Positions 12,316-22,160 of a DNA stretch of 49,430 bases are shown here, one piece after another. A program made the translations under genes and the position numbers. The notes under the pieces were generated by a model. It worked only from the letters and a program-made list of their open reading frames with translations. It did no database searches and was not told where the DNA came from. The stretch comes from an uncultured Lachnospiraceae bacterium (lineage in GTDB: Bacteria > Bacillota > Clostridia > Lachnospirales > Lachnospiraceae), in contig CANQIW010000001.1 of NCBI GenBank assembly GCA_947624055.1, positions 1-49,430 of the forward strand, in the 5' to 3' direction. The first letter of the stretch is position 1, and the number at the start of each line of letters is the position of its first letter.

Positions 12316-13160
12316 AGCATACTCTGATAAAGCGGTTCAAGAAAAAGCTCCAGTCTGTCTACCACATCAGCAAATATAAGTTCTGTTTTTTTCACAGGTG
12401 TAAAGGCTCTCCATCGTGTAAGCAGAAATTTATTTGTCTTAAAATCGTCAATATCTGTAAAAACATCTGGTAATAATTCTCGATTCCGATGCCTCAACGT
12501 ACTGCTCAGTGCTTCTCTAAGTACATTCCCCTCAAAATCAAATATTCCGGACAAATAATAAATATCATAAAAGTCTTTCATTCGGCTTGTTCCCGCCATT
12601 CTCTGCAAAATCGCATCGAATTTCTCTGCGATTGTACTTTCCACTGAATAGGTAAACACCTTCGGAGACTCAAAATCCGACAGTCTAGTGATAATCTTTC
12701 TCTTAACAGCTCCAGGCACGATCACATCATCTATCCCCGCGTCAATAGAAAAGGGAATTCTAACTTTTCCAATCCGTCCCATAAAAGAAGTCCTGACACC
12801 GGGATATTTTTTATCAGTAGAAATAGGCTCCACTCCCATTACCTCCAAAGTGATAAAATCATTTCCCGTTTCAATACTGCAAATTTTTTTCATTGTTTTT
12901 TCTATATTTTCCAAGTCGCCGTGAAGATTCCTGATGAGAAAGTCAATGTCCCTTGTCGGCCTGGAATCAAATTCTGTCAACGTGTAAATGAACATTCCTC
13001 CTTTCAGAATCATATTCTCTGCATATTCTGAATAAGACAATCTCCTTAAAAATTCCTCTTGTGCAAAAAGCTGAAGTATTATCTGAAACGGGATTCCCTC
13101 TTCTTTTGATTGATTTTTCAGTCGCGTAAGCACTGATGCCGTCATATTTTTTATAGCCAT
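12210..13160 (-). CDS. AbiEii-family nucleotidyltransferase toxin, copy 1 (C-terminus overlaps yfhO)
   Basis: ILKGG, RPTRDIDF, IAEKFDAI and SRMKDFYDIY motifs; start at MAIKN is coupled to the antitoxin stop. Confidence 0.9.
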   Translation of the reverse strand: MAIKNMTASVLTRLKNQSKEEGIPFQIILQLFAQEEFLRRLSYSEYAENMILKGGMFIYTLTEFDSRPTRDIDFLIRNLHGDLENIEKTMKKICSIETGNDFITLEVMGVEPISTDKKYPGVRTSFMGRIGKVRIPFSIDAGIDDVIVPGAVKRKIITRLSDFESPKVFTYSVESTIAEKFDAILQRMAGTSRMKDFYDIYYLSGIFDFEGNVLREALSSTLRHRNRELLPDVFTDIDDFKTNKFLLTRWRAFTPVKKTELIFADVVDRLELFLEPLYQSMLQGMGLRLFLFWTNIRIIQRTNERMLTQSPARIQG

Positions 13161-13744
13161 ACTCCCAATACCTCCCACACCTTTTTTTCGACATGAAGCA
13201 GTCTTGCATACTTCATAAGCCTCGCTTCTACTTTCTCCGGATCATGAATATATCGTTGAATAGCCAGATTAAAAACTTCCCCATCCACTTTATTCCTGTG
13301 AAGAAGCAGATCACAGACCGTACGCTCCCTGTCATATATTTTGACCGCTTTTCCGTCGATCTTGACCTGTTCAATCCCCGCCCGGTAACGCTCGCTCCGG
13401 ATAAAATGCGGCTTGACAATGGGATAATCGATGTAGAATCTCGTCCTTGTGCTCTTGCCGTCTACCGCCAGATGCCACGCCTCTGGGGTGCGATCCATAT
13501 ATCCATAATAATCCAACGCGCTTTCCATGCATAGCACAGCATCCGGAAAGAGTGTTGTGATAATAGAGATATCCGAAAACGAATCTTCGCCTGAATACTG
13601 ATAATATCCACGACGCACTTGTTCGATTATTCCGGATTCCATCAACTTCTGAATCTTTTTATAATAAAATCCGGCCGCCTTGAGCTCAGATGTTCTCATC
13701 AGCCCGCCATGTTGTTCAAATATGTCTTTTATGTTCTCGTTCAT
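13151..13744 (-). CDS. AbiEi-family antitoxin, copy 1
   Basis: N-terminal wHTH (VRRGYY), CMESALDYYG and YDRERTVCD motifs; directly upstream of AbiEii. Confidence 0.88.
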   Translation of the reverse strand: MNENIKDIFEQHGGLMRTSELKAAGFYYKKIQKLMESGIIEQVRRGYYQYSGEDSFSDISIITTLFPDAVLCMESALDYYGYMDRTPEAWHLAVDGKSTRTRFYIDYPIVKPHFIRSERYRAGIEQVKIDGKAVKIYDRERTVCDLLLHRNKVDGEVFNLAIQRYIHDPEKVEARLMKYARLLHVEKKVWEVLGVWL

Positions 13745-13766
13745 AGCATCGCCTCATTTATTATTT

Positions 13767-13836
13767 TATACAATTCAGTACTAATTATTGTATAGTTTGA
13801 TAAATCCATTATAAAAACAAGCCCCCAAAAAGTCAA
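13767..13836 (-). promoter_or_regulatory. abiE-1 promoter with downstream inverted repeat
   Basis: TTGACT-17 nt-TATAAT (13836-13808); TATACAAT-N12-ATTGTATA at 13767-13794. Confidence 0.7.
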
Positions 13837-13839
13837 CAT

Positions 13840-13868
13840 AAAAATGCAGGGCGCTTTTCCGCGCCCCA
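13840..13868 (-). terminator. Possible intrinsic terminator after the glycosyltransferase gene
   Basis: GGGCGC/GCGCCC hairpin with a T-run a few nt downstream on the minus strand. Confidence 0.4.
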
Positions 13869-13943
13869 CTAACTAAGAGAACCATTTTCGCGACCTCACG
13901 AAATTGGTCTGACACCCCAATTCCGCTTAGATGTCTTCTGTTT

Positions 13944-16646
13944 CTACTTCTTCTGCAGTACTTTCTTCGCCTGCTTCTTGATCTGTTCCTTGAATGGAAT
14001 GTTCGCGTCCGCGATCTTCCGAGCGACGCGGTAGGCCGACGTCCCCTTCATTACCTCGATGGACGACCTGAGCGCCGCGTTCTGCTGTCTGAGCCGGTTC
14101 ATCTCCGCGATGCCGCCCTTGCCGGCCACAGTCGGGTTCGCAAGCGCAAGGCCCTGGAAGATGAAATCGTAATCCACCTGATCTGTTCCGGCATTTTTCT
14201 TTTCATCCTGCAGCAGCTCCGCGTACAGCACGCGGTACTCGCCGCACATTTCCGCGACGCTCTTCAATTTGATCTGCGCGACCGCCGCCTTCTTCTGCGC
14301 GTAGTCCTCAGGATCGTTCTTGATCCGATGCAGCAGCTTAAGCACTTCCTCCGGCTTCGCATCCGGCTTCACCAGCCAGCCGCCGCCCGTCCTGCGGATG
14401 CGCTCTCCCACCGCGCCGATGTCGGTGCCAAGCACTGGGATGCCGTTCATCCATGCCTCGGAGACCGTGTAGCAGAAGGTCTCCGGCCAGACCGGCGGGA
14501 TGCAGACCACATCGATCTCATTGTCCGAAAGGAGCTGCGGAAGCTCCTCTTTTTTGTAGGTGGAACTGAAGAAACAGTTGTCCTGACGGATCTCCCCGAC
14601 GCGCTTGTCGCCGATCACACCCAGCACGAACCAGTTGATCTGTGTCTTGTCCAGCGGAATCAGTCCCAATGCCATCAGGCTGCCCTTCTGCGGCACCATT
14701 CCGCCAAGAAACGCCACGTTGAGCCGTCCTTCTTTTCCGAACCGGCGCCGGTACACGCTCTTCGCTCCCTTGCCGTCCGTGTAGACTTTGCCCGCGTGCT
14801 TCACGTAAACGTTGACCTTTACCGGGCCGTCGGAGAGCACTTCCGAACTGACGCGCAGATTGATCCCGCACATCAGCGCGTCCGGATCTCCGAAAGCATC
14901 CACGATATCCGGGCGTGCTTTCTTGTGCACGAGGAAACAATCTTTCCTGCCGCCTGCGTCCGCGAGCTCCACAAAGATCTCCGTCTCCGAGTTCGGCACG
15001 CCTTCCAGATAAGCCCAGCCCTCGATATCGTTCAGCCCCTGCTCCGCGCTGAGCACGCGATCCAGACGAACCTTCAGCTTCGAATTTCTCACCGCGCCCT
15101 CCAGCGAGGGCACATGGGTCACCTCGCGCTCCAGTTTGTCCTCGCCGTGCTCGATCACGCGGCAGTTCTCCAGACCCGGGAAGTACTGGAGAAAGATATC
15201 CTTCGCGCTCTCGGACGGGAAGATCAGCTCCCGGCACATGCGCAGCGCGTTTCCGTGTTCCCTGCGCCAGAGCTTCAGGTAATCCTCCTGCGGCACGATT
15301 CCTTTCTTCTTCCAAAGGCAGGCCGCGCAGCGCTCCCTGCGCTCCTCGTCGGTCAAAGATGCGTCCTGCGGCGCGCAGAAGTTTCCCTCCTCGTCCAGCA
15401 AGAGGATCGTCGGACAGGCATAATAATAATCGTGCATCGTCGCGATCACCGGAATCCCGAGCTCATGCGCCGCATCATAAATCTCCAGCGAGAGATCCTG
15501 CGTGTGGTGCACATGGATCAGGTCTATGGAAAACGCCCGAAGCACCTGCTCGCAGATCCTGCGGATCTCCTTGTCATGAAATACCGGAAACTTCGGCGCC
15601 TCTCCGATCTGGAATTTCAGAAGGATCTCCTCCCGATCCGTGTAGGCCGTCACGCACAGCGCGTCGTCGTCCCGCGCCATCACGAACACGTTGTACTCGC
15701 CGCGCAGCCCTTCCGTCAGCTCGCGCACATGGATCTGTGTGCCGCCAATGCTGTTGAACGTGTGCTCCCGGAAATCAAGATGCAGGAAGTACAGCAGGTT
15801 CTTCTTCCCATTGTGCAGCTTCGTGTACAGAATGATATTGTCGCGGATCTCCTGATCCGGGTTTTCCATGCAGTACAGATGATTCGCCCGCATCTGCTCC
15901 GGGTATCGCTCCTCGAGGATCGCCGTGTGCGCGTCCAGAAGCGCCTGCTTCTCCGCCGTATCAAACGAGGCCGTCCCCTTGTGGTAGACGAAGGTGTCGT
16001 CGCACATCACATGATGGTAGCCCGCCTGCTCCGCGCGGTTGCAGAAATCATTCTCCTCGCCGTAGCCGCGCCCGAAGGTCTCCGCGTCGAAGCCGCCGAT
16101 ATCGTCGATCACACAGCGCTTGATGAACATGCAGAAACCAACCGCGACCGTGATCCTGGGATAACGCCTGAGACTACAGCGCTCGATCAGCGCCGCGTAC
16201 TCGTCGATCGTCAGCCCTTCCGGCAGCGCATTGTCCTGACACATCACAGGCACCGAGCAGAGCGTTGCGCTGTTGGACAACGGCGTCACGGTCGCAATGC
16301 TTTCATCGCGGTACGCACAGGCGACGATCTTGTCCAGCCACCCAGCCGTGACGACCGTGTCGGCGTTCAGCAGAAGGACGTCCCTGTCCTGAGTGAGGGC
16401 CATGCCCTTGTTCACGTTCCCGGAGAATCCCAGATTTTTCTCGTTGTGCAGCACCAGCGTATGCTCGTCCGCGAACGAGTCGAGGTACGGCCGGATGCGC
16501 TCGTCCGGACTGCAGTCGTTGATCAGGATCAGTCTGTGCTTCGCGAGATCCGTGTGCTTCTTTACGCTCGGGATGCAGCGCTGCAGATCCTCATATCCGT
16601 TATAGATGGGGACGATGATGTCCACCGCGTCGGTCTTTCTGTTCAT
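13944..16646 (-). CDS. Multidomain glycosyltransferase (GT2 plus GT4-like, with an inserted domain)
   Basis: IIVPIYNG/LLNAD/GYGEEND (GT2); HDYY and WPETFCYTVSEA...GIPV (GT-B). Confidence 0.9.
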   Translation of the reverse strand: MNRKTDAVDIIVPIYNGYEDLQRCIPSVKKHTDLAKHRLILINDCSPDERIRPYLDSFADEHTLVLHNEKNLGFSGNVNKGMALTQDRDVLLLNADTVVTAGWLDKIVACAYRDESIATVTPLSNSATLCSVPVMCQDNALPEGLTIDEYAALIERCSLRRYPRITVAVGFCMFIKRCVIDDIGGFDAETFGRGYGEENDFCNRAEQAGYHHVMCDDTFVYHKGTASFDTAEKQALLDAHTAILEERYPEQMRANHLYCMENPDQEIRDNIILYTKLHNGKKNLLYFLHLDFREHTFNSIGGTQIHVRELTEGLRGEYNVFVMARDDDALCVTAYTDREEILLKFQIGEAPKFPVFHDKEIRRICEQVLRAFSIDLIHVHHTQDLSLEIYDAAHELGIPVIATMHDYYYACPTILLLDEEGNFCAPQDASLTDEERRERCAACLWKKKGIVPQEDYLKLWRREHGNALRMCRELIFPSESAKDIFLQYFPGLENCRVIEHGEDKLEREVTHVPSLEGAVRNSKLKVRLDRVLSAEQGLNDIEGWAYLEGVPNSETEIFVELADAGGRKDCFLVHKKARPDIVDAFGDPDALMCGINLRVSSEVLSDGPVKVNVYVKHAGKVYTDGKGAKSVYRRRFGKEGRLNVAFLGGMVPQKGSLMALGLIPLDKTQINWFVLGVIGDKRVGEIRQDNCFFSSTYKKEELPQLLSDNEIDVVCIPPVWPETFCYTVSEAWMNGIPVLGTDIGAVGERIRRTGGGWLVKPDAKPEEVLKLLHRIKNDPEDYAQKKAAVAQIKLKSVAEMCGEYRVLYAELLQDEKKNAGTDQVDYDFIFQGLALANPTVAGKGGIAEMNRLRQQNAALRSSIEVMKGTSAYRVARKIADANIPFKEQIKKQAKKVLQKK

Positions 16647-16689
16647 GGTTTCCTCCAGGTACTTTCGTCTGGACTATGTCTTTTGTCCG

Positions 16690-16718
16690 ATTATACTGTC
16701 TTTTGTACGAAAAATCAA
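16690..16718 (-). promoter_or_regulatory. Sigma-A promoter for the multidomain GT; the -35 overlaps the abiEii-2 stop codon
   Basis: TTGATT-17 nt-TATAAT on the minus strand. Confidence 0.6.
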
Positions 16719-17626
16719 TCTTCGTATCTCTGCTTCCAACTTTGATTCTTGCAATCCCAAACAAAGCAATAATCTGTATTATTTTTTATACTCTCAACAA
16801 CCGGTATAAGAAATTTTTTTATCAAATCTATTATTTCATCAAACTCCATATTTAGCAAAGTCTTTTTCTTTCTCATAAATGCAGTCCATCGCTTCCTATG
16901 AATCTCGCTCCTTAAAAATTCATCTTCAAAAGCAATTATATCGTCGAATGATGTTGCGCGATGCTCAAAAGTCTCCCTGACCGCTTCTTTCAATTTCTTT
17001 CCATCAAACTCATACTTGTCAGCCAGAATAAAAATATCATAAAAGTCTTTATATCTGCTATTCGCATTACCCAATGAGACTATCGCCTCGAACTTCTCAG
17101 ATATCACGGAATAGAGCGAATATGCGTAAACCAGCGGAGCTTTCATATCCAATAAAACAGGAAATTCCATCTTCACCCTGTCCGGATAGATCACATCATT
17201 AAAGCCGATATCAATGGATATCGGAATTTTTGTTCTATCCAAATATGCCAGAATAGATACATTTACACCGTGGTATTCCTTAAACTCTGTAATAACTCTG
17301 GCTTCCAAAGTACCCAGATCATACCTCAGGGCATCATCATATTCTATTGAAAAAATCTTTTCAAATACTCTCCGTATATTTTCAACACTATTCGATATAT
17401 TTTTTGCCAACAGGTCGATATCCCTGGTCGCTCTGGTGAACTCACCCTCAAAAAGCGCATAGAGAAAAATACCGCCCTTCAAAGTAAACTCTTCTGCATA
17501 CTCAGAGACCGACAATCTGTACATGGTTCTTTCCATTCCGTACACCGTCAGCGCTTCCTGCATTGTTTTCCTGCTTGCAGCCGCCTGATTCTTCAACCTG
17601 GCTTTTACGGATACCGCGCTCGTCAT
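16715..17626 (-). CDS. AbiEii-family nucleotidyltransferase toxin, copy 2
   Basis: TLKGG, RATRDIDL, ISEKFEAI and SRYKDFYDI motifs. Confidence 0.92.
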   Translation of the reverse strand: MTSAVSVKARLKNQAAASRKTMQEALTVYGMERTMYRLSVSEYAEEFTLKGGIFLYALFEGEFTRATRDIDLLAKNISNSVENIRRVFEKIFSIEYDDALRYDLGTLEARVITEFKEYHGVNVSILAYLDRTKIPISIDIGFNDVIYPDRVKMEFPVLLDMKAPLVYAYSLYSVISEKFEAIVSLGNANSRYKDFYDIFILADKYEFDGKKLKEAVRETFEHRATSFDDIIAFEDEFLRSEIHRKRWTAFMRKKKTLLNMEFDEIIDLIKKFLIPVVESIKNNTDYCFVWDCKNQSWKQRYED

Positions 17627-18210
17627 ACAAGCACCTCCAGATATTGTTTCATTGTTTTATCGCATTTCATGAGCTCAGCGTAACGCAGAAGCCGATTCAG
17701 ATTCCGATCCTTTCTTTGCAGATACGTCACCAGAATCTCTTTTGTTTCTCCGATTCCAATTTTTTCTCTGTAAAATACAATGTCGGCAACCGTCTTTTCC
17801 ATATCATATATCTTGAATTCGTTCTTTCCTTCTTTGATCTTCACAACTCCCAACTCATGCCGACCATTCGTATAATAATGAACATTCATTTGCGGCCAAT
17901 CCGGCATTGTGGAGACTTTCGCTTTCCGTGGTATTGCTACATCTAAGGCATCCGGGATGAACGTTGTCAGATTATAATAGACTGCAGCACTAAGCAGGCA
18001 AATTACACCGTTTGGTGCATAAACCCCTGCATAATAAAAGTCGGATTCTTCCCCGCAATACTCTGTATTCTCATAATACCGCTTGTTCAATTTCACAAGT
18101 TTTCCTTCATCGACCAACTTACTGACTTTATACTGTGAAAAGCCCATTTCTTTCAGCTCTTGCATAGAAAAGATCTTCTGATCCTCAGGAAGTGCTGCCG
18201 TATTCGCCAT
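17623..18210 (-). CDS. AbiEi-family antitoxin, copy 2
   Basis: wHTH N-terminus, ICLLSAAVYY and YDMEKTVAD motifs; ATGA overlap with the toxin. Confidence 0.88.
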   Translation of the reverse strand: MANTAALPEDQKIFSMQELKEMGFSQYKVSKLVDEGKLVKLNKRYYENTEYCGEESDFYYAGVYAPNGVICLLSAAVYYNLTTFIPDALDVAIPRKAKVSTMPDWPQMNVHYYTNGRHELGVVKIKEGKNEFKIYDMEKTVADIVFYREKIGIGETKEILVTYLQRKDRNLNRLLRYAELMKCDKTMKQYLEVLV

Positions 18211-18266
18211 TTTCTATCTCCGTTCTGATCAATGCTGAATAAATGCCTCGCAGAAAAACCACTTGG

Positions 18267-18338
18267 AATTAAAATTCGGCACTTATTTATATTGCCGAAT
18301 TTTAATTAAATCATAAAACAAAGTCTGTTTCTTGTCAA
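18267..18338 (-). promoter_or_regulatory. abiE-2 promoter with a perfect 15-bp inverted-repeat operator
   Basis: TTGACA-17 nt-TATGAT (18338-18310); AATTAAAATTCGGCA-N11-TGCCGAATTTTAATT at 18267-18307. Confidence 0.85.
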
Positions 18339-18394
18339 TCAAAAAACAGACTCGATACCCTCATTTTCTTATATGCCATCTTTTCCCTTAAATT

Positions 18395-20653
18395 TCAAGG
18401 AGACATTCTCAAAAACGGCAGCTTGCGGTGCAGTTTTGAAAGGATCGCGTTCGCGCGCTCCAGCGCCTCCTCCGCGGACAGAATCTCGATCTCCCCGCAG
18501 ACGGCGATCCGCCCCGGCACGGGGTTCAGCTTCACCTGATAGATCGGGTCGGCCGTGAGGAAAAGGTCACCCTCCGGCACGGCCGCCGCCGCGTTCTCCG
18601 CCTGCAGCTTGCCTGTCGTCTGCGCGGCGTCGATCCGGCAGATGCAGGGGCGTCCTTCCAGCGGGTCGAAACGCACCGCGCGCACGTTTTGATACGCGCT
18701 TAGATCAAACGCTACGGAAAATTTCCCGTCCTTCAGCTTTGCCTCTTCAACCAGCTTCTGCTCCTCGGAAAAGCCTTCCCCGGTATCCACAAAAAGCTGG
18801 CTCACCATATATTCTTTCTCCCGCAGCTTCCGGCGGAACTCCTCAAGCGAGATCCAAAGTTCCGGCGTGCTATGGTTCAGCAGCCGGTTCGCCCCGACGT
18901 ACTGCTCCGCGAAGTGCGTCGACCACGCCCAGAAGACCGCGTCCATCTCCGCGTCGATCCCAAACTCTGTCATAAACTCAGTCTTCTCACAGAGCTGATG
19001 CAGCACCGGCTGGCTGCTGTACAGCTCGTTGATGGTGCGCCAAAGCAGGAACGGCGCCGGCACCGGGAAGTCGAAGATCCACTCGCAGTCGATTACCTGA
19101 TACTTCCCATCGACCTCGAAAATATTGTCAAGGATCAGGTCGATGTTCGCCGGACACACACATGAGAAATCCCCTGCAAGCTCCCGCGAACCGAACACCT
19201 CGCGGAAACGTGCGCGCTCGTCCTCGGTCATGTCACTGATTCTGCCTTTCTTTCCGAATACCCCTGAAAGGTTGCCACTGTCAGTGTTAATTTCTTCGGT
19301 CATACCGGAAATATCTTTACTGTTTCCGTCTGTCTTCCCGGAATTCGCACACTCGCCATACAGCGCGGCAGCCTTCTTCACCAGCGCCTTCACCGCCGCG
19401 AGATCCCCCTCGCGTATGGCGTCCGCCGCCTGCTGCGCCAGACTTTTCTGCGTGAGATACGGATAAACAACGCCATCTCCCTCCGCCGTTCCGCCCAGCG
19501 GCTGCCAGCAGCCGTAATCTCTGTCCATCTGCGCGAGCATCGCGCGGATATGCCCTCTCGCGGCGTCCGTCATCGGACATTTGCGTACGGCACGGACAGT
19601 TCCCTCATCTGACCGGCCGCTCGCAGTGCCGGTATTCTCCGGCTTCCTCTGCCCGGGCAAATCCTGTTCTCTTTTCCGCTCTTCAATAATTGTCGCGATG
19701 GAAAATTCGTCTGCACGGTCCGTGCTCAATTTCACATACTGAATGTCGCCCGATCCGCGCTTTCCACACAGCTCGGCTGCGCTCATCTCAATCAAAAACG
19801 AGTTTGCGAACCGATCCATCACGCCCTCCCCGGAAAGCGTCGCAGCCATCTTTGTCTCCCCGAACAGCTCCATGCGGTACTTCGTAAAATTCCACGTCGG
19901 CCGCCCATATTTCTGCTCCTTCAAAGACTCGTCCGTGAAAATCTCCTGCGGAAATTTATAGTCCGGGTACGGATAATAAAATCTGTAATGCACAAGCCCG
20001 CAGCGTTTCATCAGAGCCTCCCACTCGCCGCGCGAAAAGGTACGTGCACCACTGCTCTCCTCGTAACCCTTAATGCCGTCAAAATAGCCGTCTGTGTGAT
20101 CCTCCGGCGCGCCGGCAAAATACTTCAGCCCCAGACGGTTCTCGATCGCGACCAGGATCACGCCGTCCGGTTTCAGGAAACGCCGGACATTTTTCAGAAA
20201 CGTCCCGTACGGGTCGCTCCCCGGCGTAAAGCTCTCAGCGTACTCAAACACCCCGTTCAGTATCACATAATCGAACAGTCCATCAAACTCCATATCGTTC
20301 AGATTGCCGACCCAGATCTCCAGATTGTCACAGCCCTTGTGCCGCTCAAAATTGATTTCCGCGCGCCGTTTCGAAAGCTCCGCGGAGACCACACGCGCCA
20401 TGCGGCGGCACAAAAGTCCCGTGATCGCTCCGCAGCCAGAACCGATCTCCAGACAGGACGCGCCCTGTGCGAACGGGTACCAGTTCAGGATGTTCTCCCG
20501 TGCGCGCGCAAAATGATAGAGGACGGGGAAAGCCGCCCCCTCCTGCTCCTCCGGACGGACGCCGGACTTCGCGATCGCAAGGAGCTCGTTCTCCACGTCC
20601 CCGTCCGAATACAGGTCTTCTCCCTTATAATAATCCAGCTTGAATATCGCCAT
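18395..20653 (-). CDS. Class I SAM methyltransferase fused to a kinase-like region (candidate glycan chain-capping protein)
   Basis: LEIGSGCGAIT motif I, GVFEY and IENRLG motifs; later DLILDNI...VIDCEW; directly downstream of wzt. Confidence 0.75.
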   Translation of the reverse strand: MAIFKLDYYKGEDLYSDGDVENELLAIAKSGVRPEEQEGAAFPVLYHFARARENILNWYPFAQGASCLEIGSGCGAITGLLCRRMARVVSAELSKRRAEINFERHKGCDNLEIWVGNLNDMEFDGLFDYVILNGVFEYAESFTPGSDPYGTFLKNVRRFLKPDGVILVAIENRLGLKYFAGAPEDHTDGYFDGIKGYEESSGARTFSRGEWEALMKRCGLVHYRFYYPYPDYKFPQEIFTDESLKEQKYGRPTWNFTKYRMELFGETKMAATLSGEGVMDRFANSFLIEMSAAELCGKRGSGDIQYVKLSTDRADEFSIATIIEERKREQDLPGQRKPENTGTASGRSDEGTVRAVRKCPMTDAARGHIRAMLAQMDRDYGCWQPLGGTAEGDGVVYPYLTQKSLAQQAADAIREGDLAAVKALVKKAAALYGECANSGKTDGNSKDISGMTEEINTDSGNLSGVFGKKGRISDMTEDERARFREVFGSRELAGDFSCVCPANIDLILDNIFEVDGKYQVIDCEWIFDFPVPAPFLLWRTINELYSSQPVLHQLCEKTEFMTEFGIDAEMDAVFWAWSTHFAEQYVGANRLLNHSTPELWISLEEFRRKLREKEYMVSQLFVDTGEGFSEEQKLVEEAKLKDGKFSVAFDLSAYQNVRAVRFDPLEGRPCICRIDAAQTTGKLQAENAAAAVPEGDLFLTADPIYQVKLNPVPGRIAVCGEIEILSAEEALERANAILSKLHRKLPFLRMSP

Positions 20654-20814
20654 CGTTGCTCCCTCTTCGCCTGTTACAGCAATTTTCCGAACTCACCTAG
20701 AACTCACCTGAGATTTGTACATACATTATTTGAGGACTATACACTCCATCCAGAAACTCATGTGCAAAACATTTGAAATCCATATGCCAGACGACACAGC
20801 TGCTTCTCCACTTT

Positions 20815-22104
20815 TCACGATAATGTCACTTTGGAGTTCATATCGTAATACCCAACCGTATTGCGGTCCGAGATCACCGTGAGGCTGCACACGTCGTAAA
20901 GCCTGTGGTACACGGTGAACTCGCCGTTGCGGTAGCCGGTGCATCCCAGCGAGATCAGATACTCTCCGCCCTGCAGGTCAAGCGTCTGGGTGAAGGTGAT
21001 CTCCTGACTCTCCCCGGCCTTCTTTCCCTGCACGTCGGCCTTCTCATACATCGTGTTGGTGCCTGTGATCTCGATGCCCTGCAGATTTTTGATCGTAAAC
21101 GCGTAGATCGGCTCTTTGATCTCCTCGTGGAATTCCACCTTCATCCGCACCGAGAACTCCGTGCCCTTCATCAGCGTGTTGGTGATCAGTCCGTTCTCGT
21201 CGAGCACCGCATAGTCTGTGATCTCCGCCGCCTTCTCCCCGTACTCGATCAGGTTCGGATTTTTCACTACAGAATCCTTCCAGTCGCCGGAGATCTCCTG
21301 CGCTTCGACTCCCTTCGCCATATGCCCGGCTTCCCCTGCGGCGCCTCCATCCTCGTCCGGGTCGTACTGATGCACGAGCACTTTCTTATAGATATCGACG
21401 GCTTCCTTCGGGGAACCCTCGAAAATTTTCCTGCCCTGATTCAGCAGGATCGCCCGGTCGCAGTATTTCGTAATGCTTCCGAGATCGTGGCTGACGAAGA
21501 GGATCGTCCGCCCCTGCTGCTTGAATTCCTCGAACTTGCGATAACATTTCGCCTGAAAGAACACGTCTCCCACCGAAAGCGCCTCGTCGACGATCAGAAT
21601 CTCCGGATCGATATTGATCGCCACCGCGAACGCCAGCCGTACAAACATGCCGCTCGAATACATCTTGACCGGCTGGGACGCGAACTCCCCGATATCCGCA
21701 AAGCTCAGGATATCCTCCAGCCTGGCGTCGATCTCCTCCTCCGAGAATCCCATCATCGTCCCGTTTAAGTAGACATTCTCGATCCCCGTGTACTCCATGT
21801 TGAAGCCGGCGCCCAGCTCCAGCAGTGCGGAGATACGCCCATCGACCACCGCCTCGCCGCCCGTCGGGTTCAGCACGCCCGTGATGATCTTGAGAATCGT
21901 CGACTTGCCGGCTCCATTTGTCCCGATAATGCCGACCGTCTCGCCCTTGCCGATGTCGAAACTGACGTCCGTGAGCGCATAGTGCTCCCGGTAGCATTTC
22001 TTCCTCGTCAGACCCAGGCTCTCCTTCAGGCGGTCGGAAGGCTTGTCGTAGAGCTTATACAGTTTTGAGAGATGATCCACATGGATCGCGATATCATTCG
22101 CCAT
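20815..22104 (-). CDS. wzt: Polysaccharide ABC exporter ATPase with C-terminal Wzt_C domain
   Basis: GTNGAGKST, YSSGMFVRLAF, DEALSVGD and VSHD motifs; long C-terminal extension. Confidence 0.95.
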   Translation of the reverse strand: MANDIAIHVDHLSKLYKLYDKPSDRLKESLGLTRKKCYREHYALTDVSFDIGKGETVGIIGTNGAGKSTILKIITGVLNPTGGEAVVDGRISALLELGAGFNMEYTGIENVYLNGTMMGFSEEEIDARLEDILSFADIGEFASQPVKMYSSGMFVRLAFAVAINIDPEILIVDEALSVGDVFFQAKCYRKFEEFKQQGRTILFVSHDLGSITKYCDRAILLNQGRKIFEGSPKEAVDIYKKVLVHQYDPDEDGGAAGEAGHMAKGVEAQEISGDWKDSVVKNPNLIEYGEKAAEITDYAVLDENGLITNTLMKGTEFSVRMKVEFHEEIKEPIYAFTIKNLQGIEITGTNTMYEKADVQGKKAGESQEITFTQTLDLQGGEYLISLGCTGYRNGEFTVYHRLYDVCSLTVISDRNTVGYYDMNSKVTLS

Positions 22105-22160
22105 GTTTTATACCTTTCCCTGCGGTTCCTGTTTATGGCTATGATGCATGAATCACAAAT

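Noticed and set aside
14328..16745. 805-aa plus-strand ORF
   Set aside because: Mirrors the glycosyltransferase on the opposite strand; R/L/H-rich with no domain motifs.
20689..20710. GAACTCACCT direct repeat between wzt and the methyltransferase gene
   Set aside because: Only two short copies with no match seen elsewhere; cannot be distinguished from chance.
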